Counted from the first letter of the stretch, positions 33,338 through 44,328 are shown. The stretch: 64,000 nucleotides of DNA from Fervidobacterium sp. (GCA_049970055.1 JBMFNR010000001.1:416001-480000); one strand, 5' to 3'. Program-made: numbers and translations. The notes: generated by a model from the letters alone, not told the origin.

Positions 33338-34056
33338 GGAAAAAAATAATAGCAGACTACCATATGCACAGTCATTATTCTCCAGATTCCGAAGCATCTG
33401 TCGAAGAAATTGTTGAAACAGCCAGAGAGAAAGGTATTGAGCGGATAATAATAACGGACCACTATGAAATTGCTGATGAGCATGCAAATGTTTTAGACAT
33501 CGAAAAATACAGAAACGAAATGCAAAGGTACTCACTGCCTGTTGGTGTCGAACTTGGCTGGGATGGTATTAAACCATTGAATGTGGACACAAGTAAATTC
33601 GATTATGTACTTCTTTCGCACCACTTCGTGGAAGATCCAATAACTCAACAAAGTTACAAAAATTACTTGGAAAGACTATTAAAGATAATGAACCAATTTG
33701 ATGGCTACCACGCGCTAGCCCATTTAGACTTTCCAAGAAGATACCAAAAAAACAATGCTTCATTTTCAGTCGAACTATTCGACATAATAACCGAAATTTT
33801 GAACACACTAATTAAAAATGGAAAAATGCTGGAAGTAAACACTGCATCAGTCCAAATTTACGGTGAACCTAACCCTTCGATTGAAATATTAAAACTTTAC
33901 AAATCACTTGGAGGAAGGAACATAACAATAGGTTCCGATGCTCATAGTTTAGAAGACATAGGCAGAGGAATAGAAAGAGGTATTGAAATACTCAAAGAAT
34001 TAGGTTACAATTATATCTTGGTACTTGACACAGAATGGAGAGAAATCAAAATATAA
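33334..34056 (+). CDS. PHP-family phosphatase (HisJ/histidinol-phosphatase-like)
   Basis: DYHMHS, ITDH, LAHLD, EVNT, GSDAH. Confidence 0.88.
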   Translation: MRKKIIADYHMHSHYSPDSEASVEEIVETAREKGIERIIITDHYEIADEHANVLDIEKYRNEMQRYSLPVGVELGWDGIKPLNVDTSKFDYVLLSHHFVEDPITQQSYKNYLERLLKIMNQFDGYHALAHLDFPRRYQKNNASFSVELFDIITEILNTLIKNGKMLEVNTASVQIYGEPNPSIEILKLYKSLGGRNITIGSDAHSLEDIGRGIERGIEILKELGYNYILVLDTEWREIKI

Positions 34057-34090
34057 AAGACTATACAAAACCTACAAGGAGGTATGGATC

Positions 34091-34684
34091 ATGGAAATCA
34101 GTGCACAAATGGTAAAAGAGCTCAGAGAAAGAACAGGCGCTGGAATGCTTGACTGCAAAAATGCACTTATGGAAGCAAACGGAGACTTTGAGAAAGCTAT
34201 AGAAATATTGAGAAAAAAAGGACTTGCAAAAGCTGCTAAGAAAGCTGGAAGGGAAACAAAAGAAGGACTAATAATCTCTTATGTTCACCACAATGGAAAA
34301 ATCGGCGTGCTTCTCGAACTCAACTGTGAAACAGACTTTGTTGCAAGAACAGATGATTTTAAAGAACTTGGTAACAAAATAGCGATGCATATTGCTGCGA
34401 TGTCGCCAAGATGGATTTCAAGAGAAGAAATACCAGTTGATGTTATCGAAAAAGAAAAAGAAATCTACAGAGAGCAACTCAAAGATTCTGGAAAACCAGC
34501 ACAGGTCATCGAAAAGATAATAGAGGGAAAACTTGAAAGCTTCTATCAAGACAACTGCTTGCTCGAGCAAAAATTCGCACTTGATCAAAACGTAACGATA
34601 AAAGAAATGATTCAGCAAGCCATTGCCAAGATAGGCGAGAACATACAAGTTTCAAGGTTTGTCAGAATGCAAATAGGTGAATAA
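34091..34684 (+). CDS. tsf: Translation elongation factor Ts (short form, 197 aa)
   Basis: [36 protein letters not shown]. Confidence 0.97.
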   Translation: MEISAQMVKELRERTGAGMLDCKNALMEANGDFEKAIEILRKKGLAKAAKKAGRETKEGLIISYVHHNGKIGVLLELNCETDFVARTDDFKELGNKIAMHIAAMSPRWISREEIPVDVIEKEKEIYREQLKDSGKPAQVIEKIIEGKLESFYQDNCLLEQKFALDQNVTIKEMIQQAIAKIGENIQVSRFVRMQIGE

Positions 34685-34709
34685 TAGTAATAAATAAAAA
34701 CAAACAAGT

Positions 34710-34751
34710 AAAAACAAAAAGCCGTGCACTTACGCACGGCTTTTTGTTTTT
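34710..34751 (+). terminator. Intrinsic terminator
   Basis: AAAAACAAAAAGCCGTGC-loop-GCACGGCTTTTTGTTTTT. Confidence 0.9.
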
Positions 34752-34861
34752 CAACTTCAAAAATATGTAATTCATGTGTGAATTTAAACCTCTTAACATT
34801 TCTATGGTAAATTCCCTACCAAAGATATTAAAATAACATTTAAAGACAAATTTGAAAGAAG

Positions 34862-35311
34862 GTGTTAATTATACCAGACACTTTAAATCAAAAAGACGGC
34901 TTTACGATAGTTGAGATTCTAATAGTCCTCGCGGTAATCGCATTATTAATCGTAATAATAGCCCCAGCTGCTGGAAAAATAGTCCTTGATGCACGTGCAA
35001 CAAACGTTGCGCAGAACGTCTTGGCTATTAAACATGCCGTTGAATACTACTACTTAGACGAGAGAAGGCTTCCTGAGAGTACAAGCGAACTATACCGTAA
35101 AGGGTATCTGAATACCAGATTCAGTAATGATTACGTGATATCCTTTGAAGGACAGATAAACAGTAGTAAGCCACTGATGTTAGTTGTTACAACGCCTTAT
35201 GACGAAATAAACGAGGCATTGGTTGCCTCGAAAGGTTTAAAAAACGCTCAGATTGTTAATGAAAACGAAAAGCTAATCATAAAAATGAAGATCGAAGAGA
35301 TGAACAAATGA
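34862..35311 (+). CDS. Type IV pilin/pseudopilin
   Basis: Class III signal peptide KDG|FTIVEILIVLAVIALL. Confidence 0.85.
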   Translation: MLIIPDTLNQKDGFTIVEILIVLAVIALLIVIIAPAAGKIVLDARATNVAQNVLAIKHAVEYYYLDERRLPESTSELYRKGYLNTRFSNDYVISFEGQINSSKPLMLVVTTPYDEINEALVASKGLKNAQIVNENEKLIIKMKIEEMNK

Positions 35312-35405
35312 ATCTTAATTTAATGCATTTCAAACTTGTCTTTTTGTATTTCATCTCAAAAAAATTGCGGGATACATTTTATTAGAACGTAATTGAAAAT
35401 ACATA

Positions 35406-35414
35406 TGGTATAAT
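35406..35414 (+). promoter_or_regulatory. Extended -10 element upstream of the second pilin
   Basis: TGGTATAAT about 50 nt before the ATG. Confidence 0.5.
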
Positions 35415-35464
35415 AAAAATGTGTAATAAAAAATTGCACACTCTAAAAAAGGAGGTTTGGATGT

Positions 35465-35884
35465 ATGAAAAAAGGTTTTACATTGGTTGAGTTACTCATT
35501 GTTTTGGCAGTTATTGCAGCGCTTATGGCTGTTGCAACACCACTTGCACTCAACGCGTTGAAGGAAGCAAAAGCTTCTCAAGTAGCACAGAACTTTAGAA
35601 ACATTAAAGCAGCTGTGGAAAATTACTGGAACACAGAAAAAAACACAAACGCATTTACTTTGAACGATTTAGTTACCAAGGGCTATCTCAGTAGTGCCCC
35701 TCAAAACTTCTCTATACCACCAGTCGCGGCAGACGGTACTAACCCTGGTGTGTACAATGTCACGATAACCTATTCAGGTAAAGATACTGATGTAACAAGA
35801 GTACAATCAAACGGAATGCAGGAAGTAACTGCTACAGCTGGAGGAGATCTTACATTGACATTTAGCTTGCAAAAATGGTGGTAA
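35465..35884 (+). CDS. Type IV pilin (candidate major pilin)
   Basis: MKKG|FTLVELLIVLAVIAAL; strong SD AAGGAGG; own promoter and terminator. Confidence 0.9.
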   Translation: MKKGFTLVELLIVLAVIAALMAVATPLALNALKEAKASQVAQNFRNIKAAVENYWNTEKNTNAFTLNDLVTKGYLSSAPQNFSIPPVAADGTNPGVYNVTITYSGKDTDVTRVQSNGMQEVTATAGGDLTLTFSLQKWW

Positions 35885-35913
35885 TATCAACAAATAGCTG
35901 GAAATAAATTCCG

Positions 35914-35947
35914 AAATCCCCCGAAAGGGGGATTTTTATTTTATTTT
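35914..35947. terminator. Intrinsic terminator between the pilin and kamE
   Basis: AAATCCCCC-GAAA-GGGGGATTTTT. Confidence 0.88.
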
Positions 35948-36736
35948 TTACTTTTTGTGCCTCCTGATCCATTCTTGGACTATAAATGCACCTACGTCCT
36001 CTGCGAATGTGCCTGGACCAAAACCTGCATCAAAACCAAGTTCTTTGGCAAGCTCATGAGTTATCCTTGGACCACCAACTACGACAATAACATCTTTCCT
36101 TATACCTTCCGCTTCAAGTAATTCTATCAGATGCGTCAAATTTTTTATATGAACATTCTTTTGTGTGACTGTTTGTGAAACAAGGAGCGCATCGGCTTTT
36201 ACTTCGATGGCTTTCGCTACGAATTCTTCGTTTGGTACTTGACTACCCATGTTGTAAACTTCAAACATGCGGTATCTTTCAAGTCCGTAGTGCCCTGCAA
36301 AGCCTTTCATATTCAATATAGCATCAAGGCCAACGGTGTGTGCATCGGTACCTGTTGTGGCGCCTACAACAACTAGTTTCCTACCAATGTTTTTTTCGAT
36401 AAACTCGTCTATCTCTTCCATTGACATTTTGTGAACTTCAACTTTTGGAACTTTTATCGATGTGTAATCGACGGTATGAACACATTCTCCGTAACCTATG
36501 AAAAATGTAAATCCGGGAGTTAATTGGTAGTGATAAACAATCATGGGATTGTCTAATCCCATCTTTTTCATCAGTTGCTTTGCTGCCTCGACTGCTTCGT
36601 CACCATCAGGTACTGGTAGTGCGAAACTTACCTGTACTTTCCCATCATTTATCGTATCCCCGTAAGGTTTTATGGCCTTCAAATTCAGTGTTTTGTCGAA
36701 ATCTTTTTTATCAAGTGAATAAAGTCCTCCACTCAT
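35948..36736 (-). CDS. kamE: Lysine 5,6-aminomutase beta subunit (B12-binding)
   Basis: MSGGLYS, KPYGDTINDGKVQ, DAHTVGLDAILNMKG (DxHxxG). Confidence 0.95.
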   Translation of the reverse strand: MSGGLYSLDKKDFDKTLNLKAIKPYGDTINDGKVQVSFALPVPDGDEAVEAAKQLMKKMGLDNPMIVYHYQLTPGFTFFIGYGECVHTVDYTSIKVPKVEVHKMSMEEIDEFIEKNIGRKLVVVGATTGTDAHTVGLDAILNMKGFAGHYGLERYRMFEVYNMGSQVPNEEFVAKAIEVKADALLVSQTVTQKNVHIKNLTHLIELLEAEGIRKDVIVVVGGPRITHELAKELGFDAGFGPGTFAEDVGAFIVQEWIRRHKK

Positions 36737-36763
36737 TTTTGTTTCCCCCTTCGTGTACTTTTA

Positions 36764-38320
36764 TCATACTTCTCTATTAAGCATTTTCTCTTCAAATGGA
36801 TTATAATAGTACTGCCCTTTTTCAAAGACACCGTCAAGTCCTTTTCCTCCCTTAAGTGGGCGCTTTGTATTTGCAAATACACCCTTTTCAAGGGATTTAA
36901 ATAACCCATCTTCCCTCATCTTTTCAAGGAGCTCAATTGCCTGATCGAGTACTTCCCTTGCGCGTCTTTGAATGATTCCATCAGGTTTGAATATAACCTC
37001 ATCACCTAAGTTTTTCATGTTGTTGAATATATATTTTGCAGTTTCTATTGCAATGTATCTATCGGATAAGAAAGGTGTATGAATTGCCTCTGTCATCATA
37101 CCGAGTAATTGTATTCCTTGTTTGGTCCAGATACCAACGACGTTAAACATAGCATCTTGAACAAGTCCTCTAAATATGTTACCTGTCATGAACCGTGTTG
37201 GAGGCATGTATTTAAGTGGTGCTTTTGGGAAAAGTTCCCTTGAAAGCTGAGCTTGAGCAAGTTCGTATAGAAAGCCATTTTCAAGCCATGGGTCCATTTC
37301 AAACGCGTGGCCTAATCCCATCTGTTCTTCTGGTATGCCTGCAAGTAACGCTAACTGTTCGTTTATAAGCTGCGACGAGATTACAGTATATCCTTGTTCG
37401 TAAGCATCTGCGGTTGTTAAGTAGTTATCTTCACCAGTATTAATTATAATCCCGGCGTAGCCAAGTATTATTCTCGAGAAATATTGGTCAATCATCGTTC
37501 TTATCATGTTAATGTCTCTAAAAAGTATTCCATAAAGTGCATCGTTAAGCATAACATCTAAGCGTTCAATGGCGCCAAGTGCAGCGATCTCTGGCATACA
37601 TAAACCGGAACTGTAATTAGTTTGTCTTACGTACCTACCAACTTCTTTTGCAACCTCATCAAGAGCTTTTCTCATTATTCTAAAATTCTCTTGTGTGGCA
37701 AATGTACCACCGAAACCTTCCGTTGTTGCACCGTATGGTACATAATCTAGTAGACTCTGTGCTGTTGAGCGTATGACTGCGATTATATCTGCTCCTTGTC
37801 TAACTGCCGCTTGTGCTTGAACAACGTCCTCGTATATATTACCCGTTGCAACAATAACGTATATATAAGGCTGCATGGGGTCTCCCAGTTCCTTTATCAT
37901 TCTTTCCCGTTCTGCTTTCTTTTCTTTGATATGTGTGATTGCCTTTACAGCGAGTTCGTCTACAACCGCTCTGATCTCGCTGACACTGTGCATTGGCAGT
38001 TTGGTTAGGTCGAGTTTAGCATTGGCTACATGCTCCGCAATTTCTTGTGGGTTCATACCAGTTTCGATCATTGCGTTACCTATATACAGCGATATTCCGT
38101 TACTTAAAGCCCCCTTCTCTTTGAGATGATCAACAACAACATTTGGAAGTGGGACGTCCTCGTTGTTTACACCATCTATCCCAAAAAATCTACAAATCGT
38201 TCTCTCAACACTTACAGTAGAATACTGTTTAACAAAATTCACAACATCAACGGCTATATCATGGGCGAGTTGCCTTGCTTTCTCAACTTTCTTTGGGTCT
38301 ATACCAAGTTTACTTTCCAT
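36764..38320 (-). CDS. kamD: Lysine 5,6-aminomutase alpha subunit
   Basis: TVSVERT, YVIVATGNIYEDV, QSLLDYVPYG, KYMPPT. Confidence 0.95.
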   Translation of the reverse strand: MESKLGIDPKKVEKARQLAHDIAVDVVNFVKQYSTVSVERTICRFFGIDGVNNEDVPLPNVVVDHLKEKGALSNGISLYIGNAMIETGMNPQEIAEHVANAKLDLTKLPMHSVSEIRAVVDELAVKAITHIKEKKAERERMIKELGDPMQPYIYVIVATGNIYEDVVQAQAAVRQGADIIAVIRSTAQSLLDYVPYGATTEGFGGTFATQENFRIMRKALDEVAKEVGRYVRQTNYSSGLCMPEIAALGAIERLDVMLNDALYGILFRDINMIRTMIDQYFSRIILGYAGIIINTGEDNYLTTADAYEQGYTVISSQLINEQLALLAGIPEEQMGLGHAFEMDPWLENGFLYELAQAQLSRELFPKAPLKYMPPTRFMTGNIFRGLVQDAMFNVVGIWTKQGIQLLGMMTEAIHTPFLSDRYIAIETAKYIFNNMKNLGDEVIFKPDGIIQRRAREVLDQAIELLEKMREDGLFKSLEKGVFANTKRPLKGGKGLDGVFEKGQYYYNPFEEKMLNREV

Positions 38321-39740
38321 ACTCGTTTGCCTCCCCTTTTCTTTCTTTATTCACTAATTCGAGAATTCTCTTGTCAACACCCAGCAGTTCCATAACCCTT
38401 GTGGCTTCTTTTGGTATAGAAGTATCATCCGTTTCAACAAGTCTGTAGTCTATATAATCTTGAATGTTTATTATAATATCCTCAGATCTTTGTAGTGATT
38501 TTATTAATTCTTCTCTTAAACCATTTACTTTAAGCCTTCTTTTTGCACGTACATTGTCGAAATGTGTAACAATTAACGCGTATGGTTTGATCTCTTCGAG
38601 TAAATTTACGAGTGCATTTACAATAGCTGTACCTTCTAATGGATTAGTAGTACGTGCCGGTTCATCGATAAGTACTAGACTGATACCTTTTTCAATTTGC
38701 TTTATCGTTTCATTGATCATCAGAATCTCTGCACCAAACGAGGATAGTCCAGAGAGTGGTCTTTGATTGTCTTCGACTATTATTGAAATATGTTCCAAAT
38801 AGCGTGTTTTACAAAAAGCTGCTGGCACGAAGAATCCATGTTGAGCCATGTATTGAATTAGTGCCACGGTTCTAAGTACGACACTTTTACCAGACATATT
38901 TGCACCGATTATAAGTGTTACTCCACGCGTAATTTGTATATCAACAGGTTGATATTTTTTTCCACGATTTTCGAGTTCGACTTTCAATTTCGGATTAAAA
39001 ATACCATGAATAGTTATGTCTACATCATCTTGGACAATTTCAGGCTTTGTTAATCCTAATTCCTTTGCAAGCTTTGCTTTTGCTAAAATAACATCAAGAT
39101 ATTTTATCCTTTCTATAGATTCAATGATTTTGTGAGAATAACTATGTAATACTTGACTAAGCTTTTCAAGAATTTCTCCTTCAATTTCATGCTCTTGCTG
39201 AGATAGTTCTAACAGTTCATTCTCATGTTCCTTCCCATCTTTAAGTAGTTCTCTTTTTCTCTTCCTTATCTGCTTTAGTTTATCATCGTAAGCATCGTAT
39301 ATGTAAAACGTTGGCATTTTTAATCCTTCCGGATCCAATAGTTCTATAACTTCTGTCAATTGCGGTGGTAAAAAATAGTCTGGCAAGTTCGAACTTATCT
39401 TTTCTCTGATACTCTCGACGACTAATGCGTAGTTTTTCAACTCGAATAGCTCTATTTCATCAATAATTTCACCTCTTTTGACTCTTTCAGCTGTTGTTGA
39501 GATATCCACTATGCACTCAAGATCATGCAAAACTTCTTTGATTACTTTGTTGTTCAGAAGATTAATCAGTAAGTATGTATCTTCAAGATGCTGAGCAATA
39601 TGCTCAAAGCTCAGCGGTTGTATGTGCCTAAAATACTTTGATCCGAACGGCGTTTTTGGCTCGAGTAATGATTTAATATACTCAAAACCGGTAATTTTCT
39701 CAAAATCTTCCCTTTTTGGTATCACCGTCAAGTTTGTCAT
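38310..39740 (-). CDS. kamC: MutS-domain-V ATPase, lysine 5,6-aminomutase reactivase subunit
   Basis: GANMSGKS, GLSSFGAE, LIDEPARTTNPLEG, VTHF; lacks MutS mismatch-binding domains; lies directly upstream of kamD. Confidence 0.8.
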   Translation of the reverse strand: MTNLTVIPKREDFEKITGFEYIKSLLEPKTPFGSKYFRHIQPLSFEHIAQHLEDTYLLINLLNNKVIKEVLHDLECIVDISTTAERVKRGEIIDEIELFELKNYALVVESIREKISSNLPDYFLPPQLTEVIELLDPEGLKMPTFYIYDAYDDKLKQIRKRKRELLKDGKEHENELLELSQQEHEIEGEILEKLSQVLHSYSHKIIESIERIKYLDVILAKAKLAKELGLTKPEIVQDDVDITIHGIFNPKLKVELENRGKKYQPVDIQITRGVTLIIGANMSGKSVVLRTVALIQYMAQHGFFVPAAFCKTRYLEHISIIVEDNQRPLSGLSSFGAEILMINETIKQIEKGISLVLIDEPARTTNPLEGTAIVNALVNLLEEIKPYALIVTHFDNVRAKRRLKVNGLREELIKSLQRSEDIIINIQDYIDYRLVETDDTSIPKEATRVMELLGVDKRILELVNKERKGEANEYGK

Positions 39741-39755
39741 CTTTTCACCTTCGCA

Positions 39756-40733
39756 TCATTTCCGCACATCGATGATAGGAACGTCTGGTATACTTTCTTT
39801 TAAGCTATTTACAAGCGTTTCAGAATCGAGAATGTAACCGTTTGGAGAAAATGGATTAACGGTTATACCTATAACATTTGTTGGTAAGAGAACCTTTATT
39901 TTTGGTTTGTACTTTACATACATTTCGTACGATACAAATACCTTCGTAAAATCGCGAACAATTATGTCCTTGTTGTATATGTGCTCAAGTATGTTGTCGG
40001 TAAGGGAACCAGGTATATATATCGCTTCAAAATTTGTCAATTCTCTAAGCTTTTGTATATGAAGTGCGGAGGAAATATCACTTTCATACCAACCATCTTT
40101 AGTGAGCAGACATATATTTTGTGCATTTTTCAGCTCATCAAAAGTTTTATTATCTACTTTTGGAAGATTACAAAGTGTGTGAACATATCTTGTATGCTTT
40201 ATTATTTCCCTTTTCTCAAGCGAGTATGCAGCACCAGTTGCAAGAACTATACTATCGGCTATCGATGGATTTGCTTGACTAAATCGTGAGATGGCTCCGT
40301 CGACAACTACTAAATCCACATATCTATGCAAAAAATCTACAATTTCCTCCATCCAAGCCGTTGTTTGTGGACCGGAAAGAATTATTTTGCCTTTTTCCAG
40401 TGCTTTGGCGATGATTACCCGGCCAGTTGGTGTGGTAAATTTTGAGACATGAAAAATCTCTGACAGTACTCTTTTTTGTTTAAAAAAGGTCTCCGTTGTT
40501 GTGTAAATTATATCTTCATCAACATACACGGACGGTTTTAGAGTACCAAAAACAATATCTTTCTCCTCACCGTCCGTGCCAATTGATGTAATAGCAATTC
40601 TTTTTTTATCTTTAACATTTTCAACGATAAAATTGAGTGTTTCTGTCTTACCTGTATTTTTCTCCAAACCAATTATTGCGAGTGTCTTTGAATTTAAGAC
40701 AGATTCTATTAATCTTTCCTTGTCTTGCTTCAT
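39756..40733 (-). CDS. kamB: Lysine 5,6-aminomutase reactivase partner
   Basis: IIGLEKNTGKTETLN, TSIGTDGE, VDGAISR, ITVNPFSP; position in the kam cluster. Confidence 0.75.
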   Translation of the reverse strand: MKQDKERLIESVLNSKTLAIIGLEKNTGKTETLNFIVENVKDKKRIAITSIGTDGEEKDIVFGTLKPSVYVDEDIIYTTTETFFKQKRVLSEIFHVSKFTTPTGRVIIAKALEKGKIILSGPQTTAWMEEIVDFLHRYVDLVVVDGAISRFSQANPSIADSIVLATGAAYSLEKREIIKHTRYVHTLCNLPKVDNKTFDELKNAQNICLLTKDGWYESDISSALHIQKLRELTNFEAIYIPGSLTDNILEHIYNKDIIVRDFTKVFVSYEMYVKYKPKIKVLLPTNVIGITVNPFSPNGYILDSETLVNSLKESIPDVPIIDVRK

Positions 40734-41134
40734 TATACCTTCACTAGTGCCTCACCTTCAATTGCATTTTCTCCATTACTTTTTACAACAAGTGTATCAA
40801 GAAGAACACGCCTTTTTTCTTTATCAATCTCTTTGACAACAAGTTTTACTGTGACTTCTTCACCCACATAAACAGGTCTTTTAAATTTCGCATTCTGCAT
40901 CAAATAGATTGTACCCGCCCCGGGGAATTCCATCCCCAGCACGGAAGAGATTATGCCAAGTGTCAGGATTCCATGTGCAATCCTACCTCCAAAAATGGTA
41001 TTCTTTGCGTATTCTTCGTCTAAGTGTACAGGGTTCTTGTCCCCTGTTGCCTCCGCAAAGAGCTTTACCATCTCATCTGTTACTATCTTTTTCACTTCGT
41101 ATGTCTGGCCAACGTACATTTCATTTATGTCCAT
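40733..41134 (-). CDS. MaoC/PhaJ-like (R)-specific enoyl-CoA hydratase
   Basis: FAEATGDKNPVHLD…IAHG…FKRPVYVG hot-dog hydratase motif. Confidence 0.9.
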   Translation of the reverse strand: MDINEMYVGQTYEVKKIVTDEMVKLFAEATGDKNPVHLDEEYAKNTIFGGRIAHGILTLGIISSVLGMEFPGAGTIYLMQNAKFKRPVYVGEEVTVKLVVKEIDKEKRRVLLDTLVVKSNGENAIEGEALVKV

Positions 41135-41139
41135 AGAGT

Positions 41140-42417
41140 TCACTCCTTACTTTTATTTTGTTTTTCTTTCCACTCTTTTATCCTTTCATGTCTTTCAAGA
41201 TGTGCTGGTTCAATGCTGATTTTCTTATCCGTAAATAATGAAGCCACACCTGAGAATTTGTATTTTGATCTGTATTCACTATCGTCTACATCACTTTCTG
41301 TGTCTTCTGGTTCATGATAAGCAACGATGACACCCTCATAATTTCTCAGAATAACTGTATGGTCTGACATAGATATCACATAATTTGGCATTACCCTTAT
41401 TTTCCCACCACCTGCTGGTGCATCAACAACAAACGATGGTACGCAAAATCCTGATGTATGACCAATCAATGCTTCCATTATTTCAAGACCTTTTTTGATC
41501 GACGTTCTAAAGTGTGCTAATCCTTGAGAGAGGTCACACTGGTATATGTAGTAAGGTCTCACACGTATCTTTACAAGTTGATGTACCAATTCCATCATTA
41601 TGTATGGGCTATCATTTATACCTCTAAGTAAAACAGTTTGATTCCCAAGTGGGATACCTGCATCTGCGAGCATTTCGCATGCTTTTGATGATTCAGGAGT
41701 TATCTCTTTCGGATGGTTGAAATGTGTATTTATCCATATTGGATGGTATTTTTTCAACATATCTGTGAGTTCCGGTGTAATCATCTGAGGTAATACAACA
41801 GGTGTTCTTGTCCCTATTCTTATTATCTCAAGATGCTTTATTTTTCTTAATTCCTTCAGTATATACTCAAGCATTTCAATTCCAACAAGTAATCCATCTC
41901 CACCGGAGATGAGTACGTCCCTTACTTGGGGTGTTTCTCTAACGTATTCAATCATGGCATCTATTTCTTGCTTGGTCCTTGCTCTATCGTGTTGACCTGC
42001 GAATCTTCTTCTTGTACAATGCCTGCAGTACATTGAACACATATCGGTGACAAGCATTAACACCCTGTCAGGATATCTATGTGTTAGTCCAGGCACTGGT
42101 GAATCTTCATCTTCGTGAAGTGGATCTGTCATATCCCACGGAGAAACGATTAACTCCTTTGCTGTTGGAACAGCTTGTCTTCTTATTGGACATTTCGGAT
42201 CATCTGGATTCATCAAACTTGCATAGTACGGGGTTATTGCCATTCTCAACGTTTTAAGAGCATTTCTAACACCCTCTTCTTCCTCCGGTGTGAGATTGAT
42301 AACCTGTTTGAGAGCATCTACATCCATTATTCTGTTTCTTATCTGCCAGCGCCAATCGTTCCACTCTTCTTCTGTAACATTTTTCCAAAGTGGTATGTCT
42401 TTAAAATACCTTGCCAC
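41140..42417 (-). CDS. kamA: L-lysine 2,3-aminomutase
   Basis: [32 protein letters not shown] (PLP Lys), LRNYEG; GTG start after GGAGGT. Confidence 0.97.
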   Translation of the reverse strand: MARYFKDIPLWKNVTEEEWNDWRWQIRNRIMDVDALKQVINLTPEEEEGVRNALKTLRMAITPYYASLMNPDDPKCPIRRQAVPTAKELIVSPWDMTDPLHEDEDSPVPGLTHRYPDRVLMLVTDMCSMYCRHCTRRRFAGQHDRARTKQEIDAMIEYVRETPQVRDVLISGGDGLLVGIEMLEYILKELRKIKHLEIIRIGTRTPVVLPQMITPELTDMLKKYHPIWINTHFNHPKEITPESSKACEMLADAGIPLGNQTVLLRGINDSPYIMMELVHQLVKIRVRPYYIYQCDLSQGLAHFRTSIKKGLEIMEALIGHTSGFCVPSFVVDAPAGGGKIRVMPNYVISMSDHTVILRNYEGVIVAYHEPEDTESDVDDSEYRSKYKFSGVASLFTDKKISIEPAHLERHERIKEWKEKQNKSKE

Positions 42418-42453
42418 TGTAAACACCTCCAACAATCTACTTAATTATAAGTG

Positions 42454-43491
42454 TTATACGTAAAGTTTTTCAAATAATTCCCTTATAGCCTTTGATTCCC
42501 TTAAAATATTCAGCGCAACTTCCGCATGTCCTTTTGTGTAGCCATTTCCTATTATCATCGTTACATCTTTTCCGACACCTTCCGCTCCAAGCGCAGCCCT
42601 TGTGAAAGATGTTGCCATACTAAAGAAGTAAACAATTCCATCATCTTTAGTTATTAGTATCGAAGACATCTCAGTTGCAGGAACATTTACGTTGTTTATA
42701 ACAACATCGCAATACTTACCACCGGTGACTTCCATAACTTTCTGGTATACTTCAACAGGTTTTGTTGCATCTACAATGATGACGTGATGGGCAAGTCTAA
42801 GTTCTTCGATGCGTTTCGCATTCTGCGGTGAATATTCAACCACGATAACCTTTCCATCTTTCCCCACAGCTTTCATCGCTTCGTAAGCACACAGCACACC
42901 CGATTTCCCGCCACCACCGATAATACACACAGTCATTCCGGGTTTCACAAGCTTTCGCGTCTGTGCGGGAGCACCTGCAACGTCTAAAACAGCGAGTGCG
43001 AGTTTTTCAGGTATATCACCTGGTAATTTTGCGTATATACCGCTTTCGAAAAGGATTGCCTTTCCCTTAATATCAACTTGATCAGTCTCTATATTGACTT
43101 TTAAGATTTCATCTATCCTCAAAGGTGTAAGCGACAAACTTACAAGTGTTGCAATTTTATCCCCAACTTTTAAATCTGTTGGAAAATCTGGACCGATTTC
43201 TTCGACTATACCTATAAGCATTCCACCAGAGCCTGTAACTGGATTTTGTAACTTACCACGTTCGTTGACAATTTTGAGTATTGTATCCTTTATACAATCA
43301 ACATTTTCGTGACAAGATTCTTCAATCTGCGTAAAACTCGCTGAATCAACATTCAGTGTTTTGACATCGATCAGTAATTCGTTTGTATAGATTTCCATGT
43401 TGTTATCAATCTTTGTTGCCGATTGTGGAAGTGTGCCTTTTGGTTCAATAACCCTGTGTGTACCAAACGGGCAGCCTTTAATATTTTTCAT
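42454..43491 (-). CDS. kdd: L-erythro-3,5-diaminohexanoate dehydrogenase
   Basis: GCPFGTHRVIEPKG, NPVTGSGGM, TLVSLSLTP, LDVAGAPAQ. Confidence 0.93.
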   Translation of the reverse strand: MKNIKGCPFGTHRVIEPKGTLPQSATKIDNNMEIYTNELLIDVKTLNVDSASFTQIEESCHENVDCIKDTILKIVNERGKLQNPVTGSGGMLIGIVEEIGPDFPTDLKVGDKIATLVSLSLTPLRIDEILKVNIETDQVDIKGKAILFESGIYAKLPGDIPEKLALAVLDVAGAPAQTRKLVKPGMTVCIIGGGGKSGVLCAYEAMKAVGKDGKVIVVEYSPQNAKRIEELRLAHHVIIVDATKPVEVYQKVMEVTGGKYCDVVINNVNVPATEMSSILITKDDGIVYFFSMATSFTRAALGAEGVGKDVTMIIGNGYTKGHAEVALNILRESKAIRELFEKLYV

Positions 43492-44315
43492 TTAATTTCC
43501 CTCCTAATACCTAATATAACTCTTGTTTCGTCCGGAGTTGCAATTTCCCTACCAACTTCACGTGCGATTCTCACAATACGTTCAACGAGTTGTGCATTTG
43601 ATTTTGCAAGTTCTCCTTTGCGGTAGTATATATTATCCTCAAAGCCAACACGCACATGCCCCCCCATCACAATCGCGTGAACTGCCAACGGTAGTTCGTA
43701 TCTACCTATGCCTGCAACGGACCATGTGCATCCTTGAGGAATTTTATTCACTAGAAACACTAAATCTTCTATATTTCCAGTCATAGCTCCAGGTACACCG
43801 AGTACGAAATCAAAGTGTAAAGGTAATTCGAGAAGCCCTTTTTTAACAAGTCTCAAAGCGTTCTCTATCATTCCTGGTTCAAATATTTCTATCTCTGGTT
43901 TGATGCCTTTTTCTTTCATCCGATTGGCAAGTAATTCCATAAACGATGGAGAGTTCATAAAGACATCATTACCAAAATTACAAGATCCCGCGGAAAGCGT
44001 TGCCATTTCCGGCTCTGCATCAAGACACTGTATCCTTTCTTCTGGTTTGTGCCACACGGCCCCACCGGTTGAAAATTGGATGATTATATCGCATCCTTTT
44101 TCTCTAATTTTTCTCTTAATCTCAGCGTATACTTCTTTCGATTGTGTTGGTGTGCCATCTGGCATACGTGCGTGAATATGGGCAATCGAGGCACCTGCTT
44201 GCCAACATCTGTACACTTCCTCAGCAATTTCGTCAGGTGTTATTGGTAGATTCGGTTGCTGCTGCTTTGTAACTTCCGCGCCCGTTACGGCAACCGTAAT
44301 TATGAGTTTGTCCAT
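43488..44315 (-). CDS. kce: 3-keto-5-aminohexanoate cleavage enzyme
   Basis: LIITVAVTGAE, AHIHAR, STGG, HVRVGFEDN. Confidence 0.95.
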   Translation of the reverse strand: MDKLIITVAVTGAEVTKQQQPNLPITPDEIAEEVYRCWQAGASIAHIHARMPDGTPTQSKEVYAEIKRKIREKGCDIIIQFSTGGAVWHKPEERIQCLDAEPEMATLSAGSCNFGNDVFMNSPSFMELLANRMKEKGIKPEIEIFEPGMIENALRLVKKGLLELPLHFDFVLGVPGAMTGNIEDLVFLVNKIPQGCTWSVAGIGRYELPLAVHAIVMGGHVRVGFEDNIYYRKGELAKSNAQLVERIVRIAREVGREIATPDETRVILGIRREIK

Positions 44316-44328
44316 CCAAACTCACCTC

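Noticed and set aside
34091..34684. Truncated EF-Ts
   Set aside because: The ~200-aa form is normal in Thermus/Thermotoga-type EF-Ts
38310..39740. MutS mismatch-repair gene
   Set aside because: Only the ATPase-like part is present and it sits between kamB and kamD, which fits the KamC reactivase
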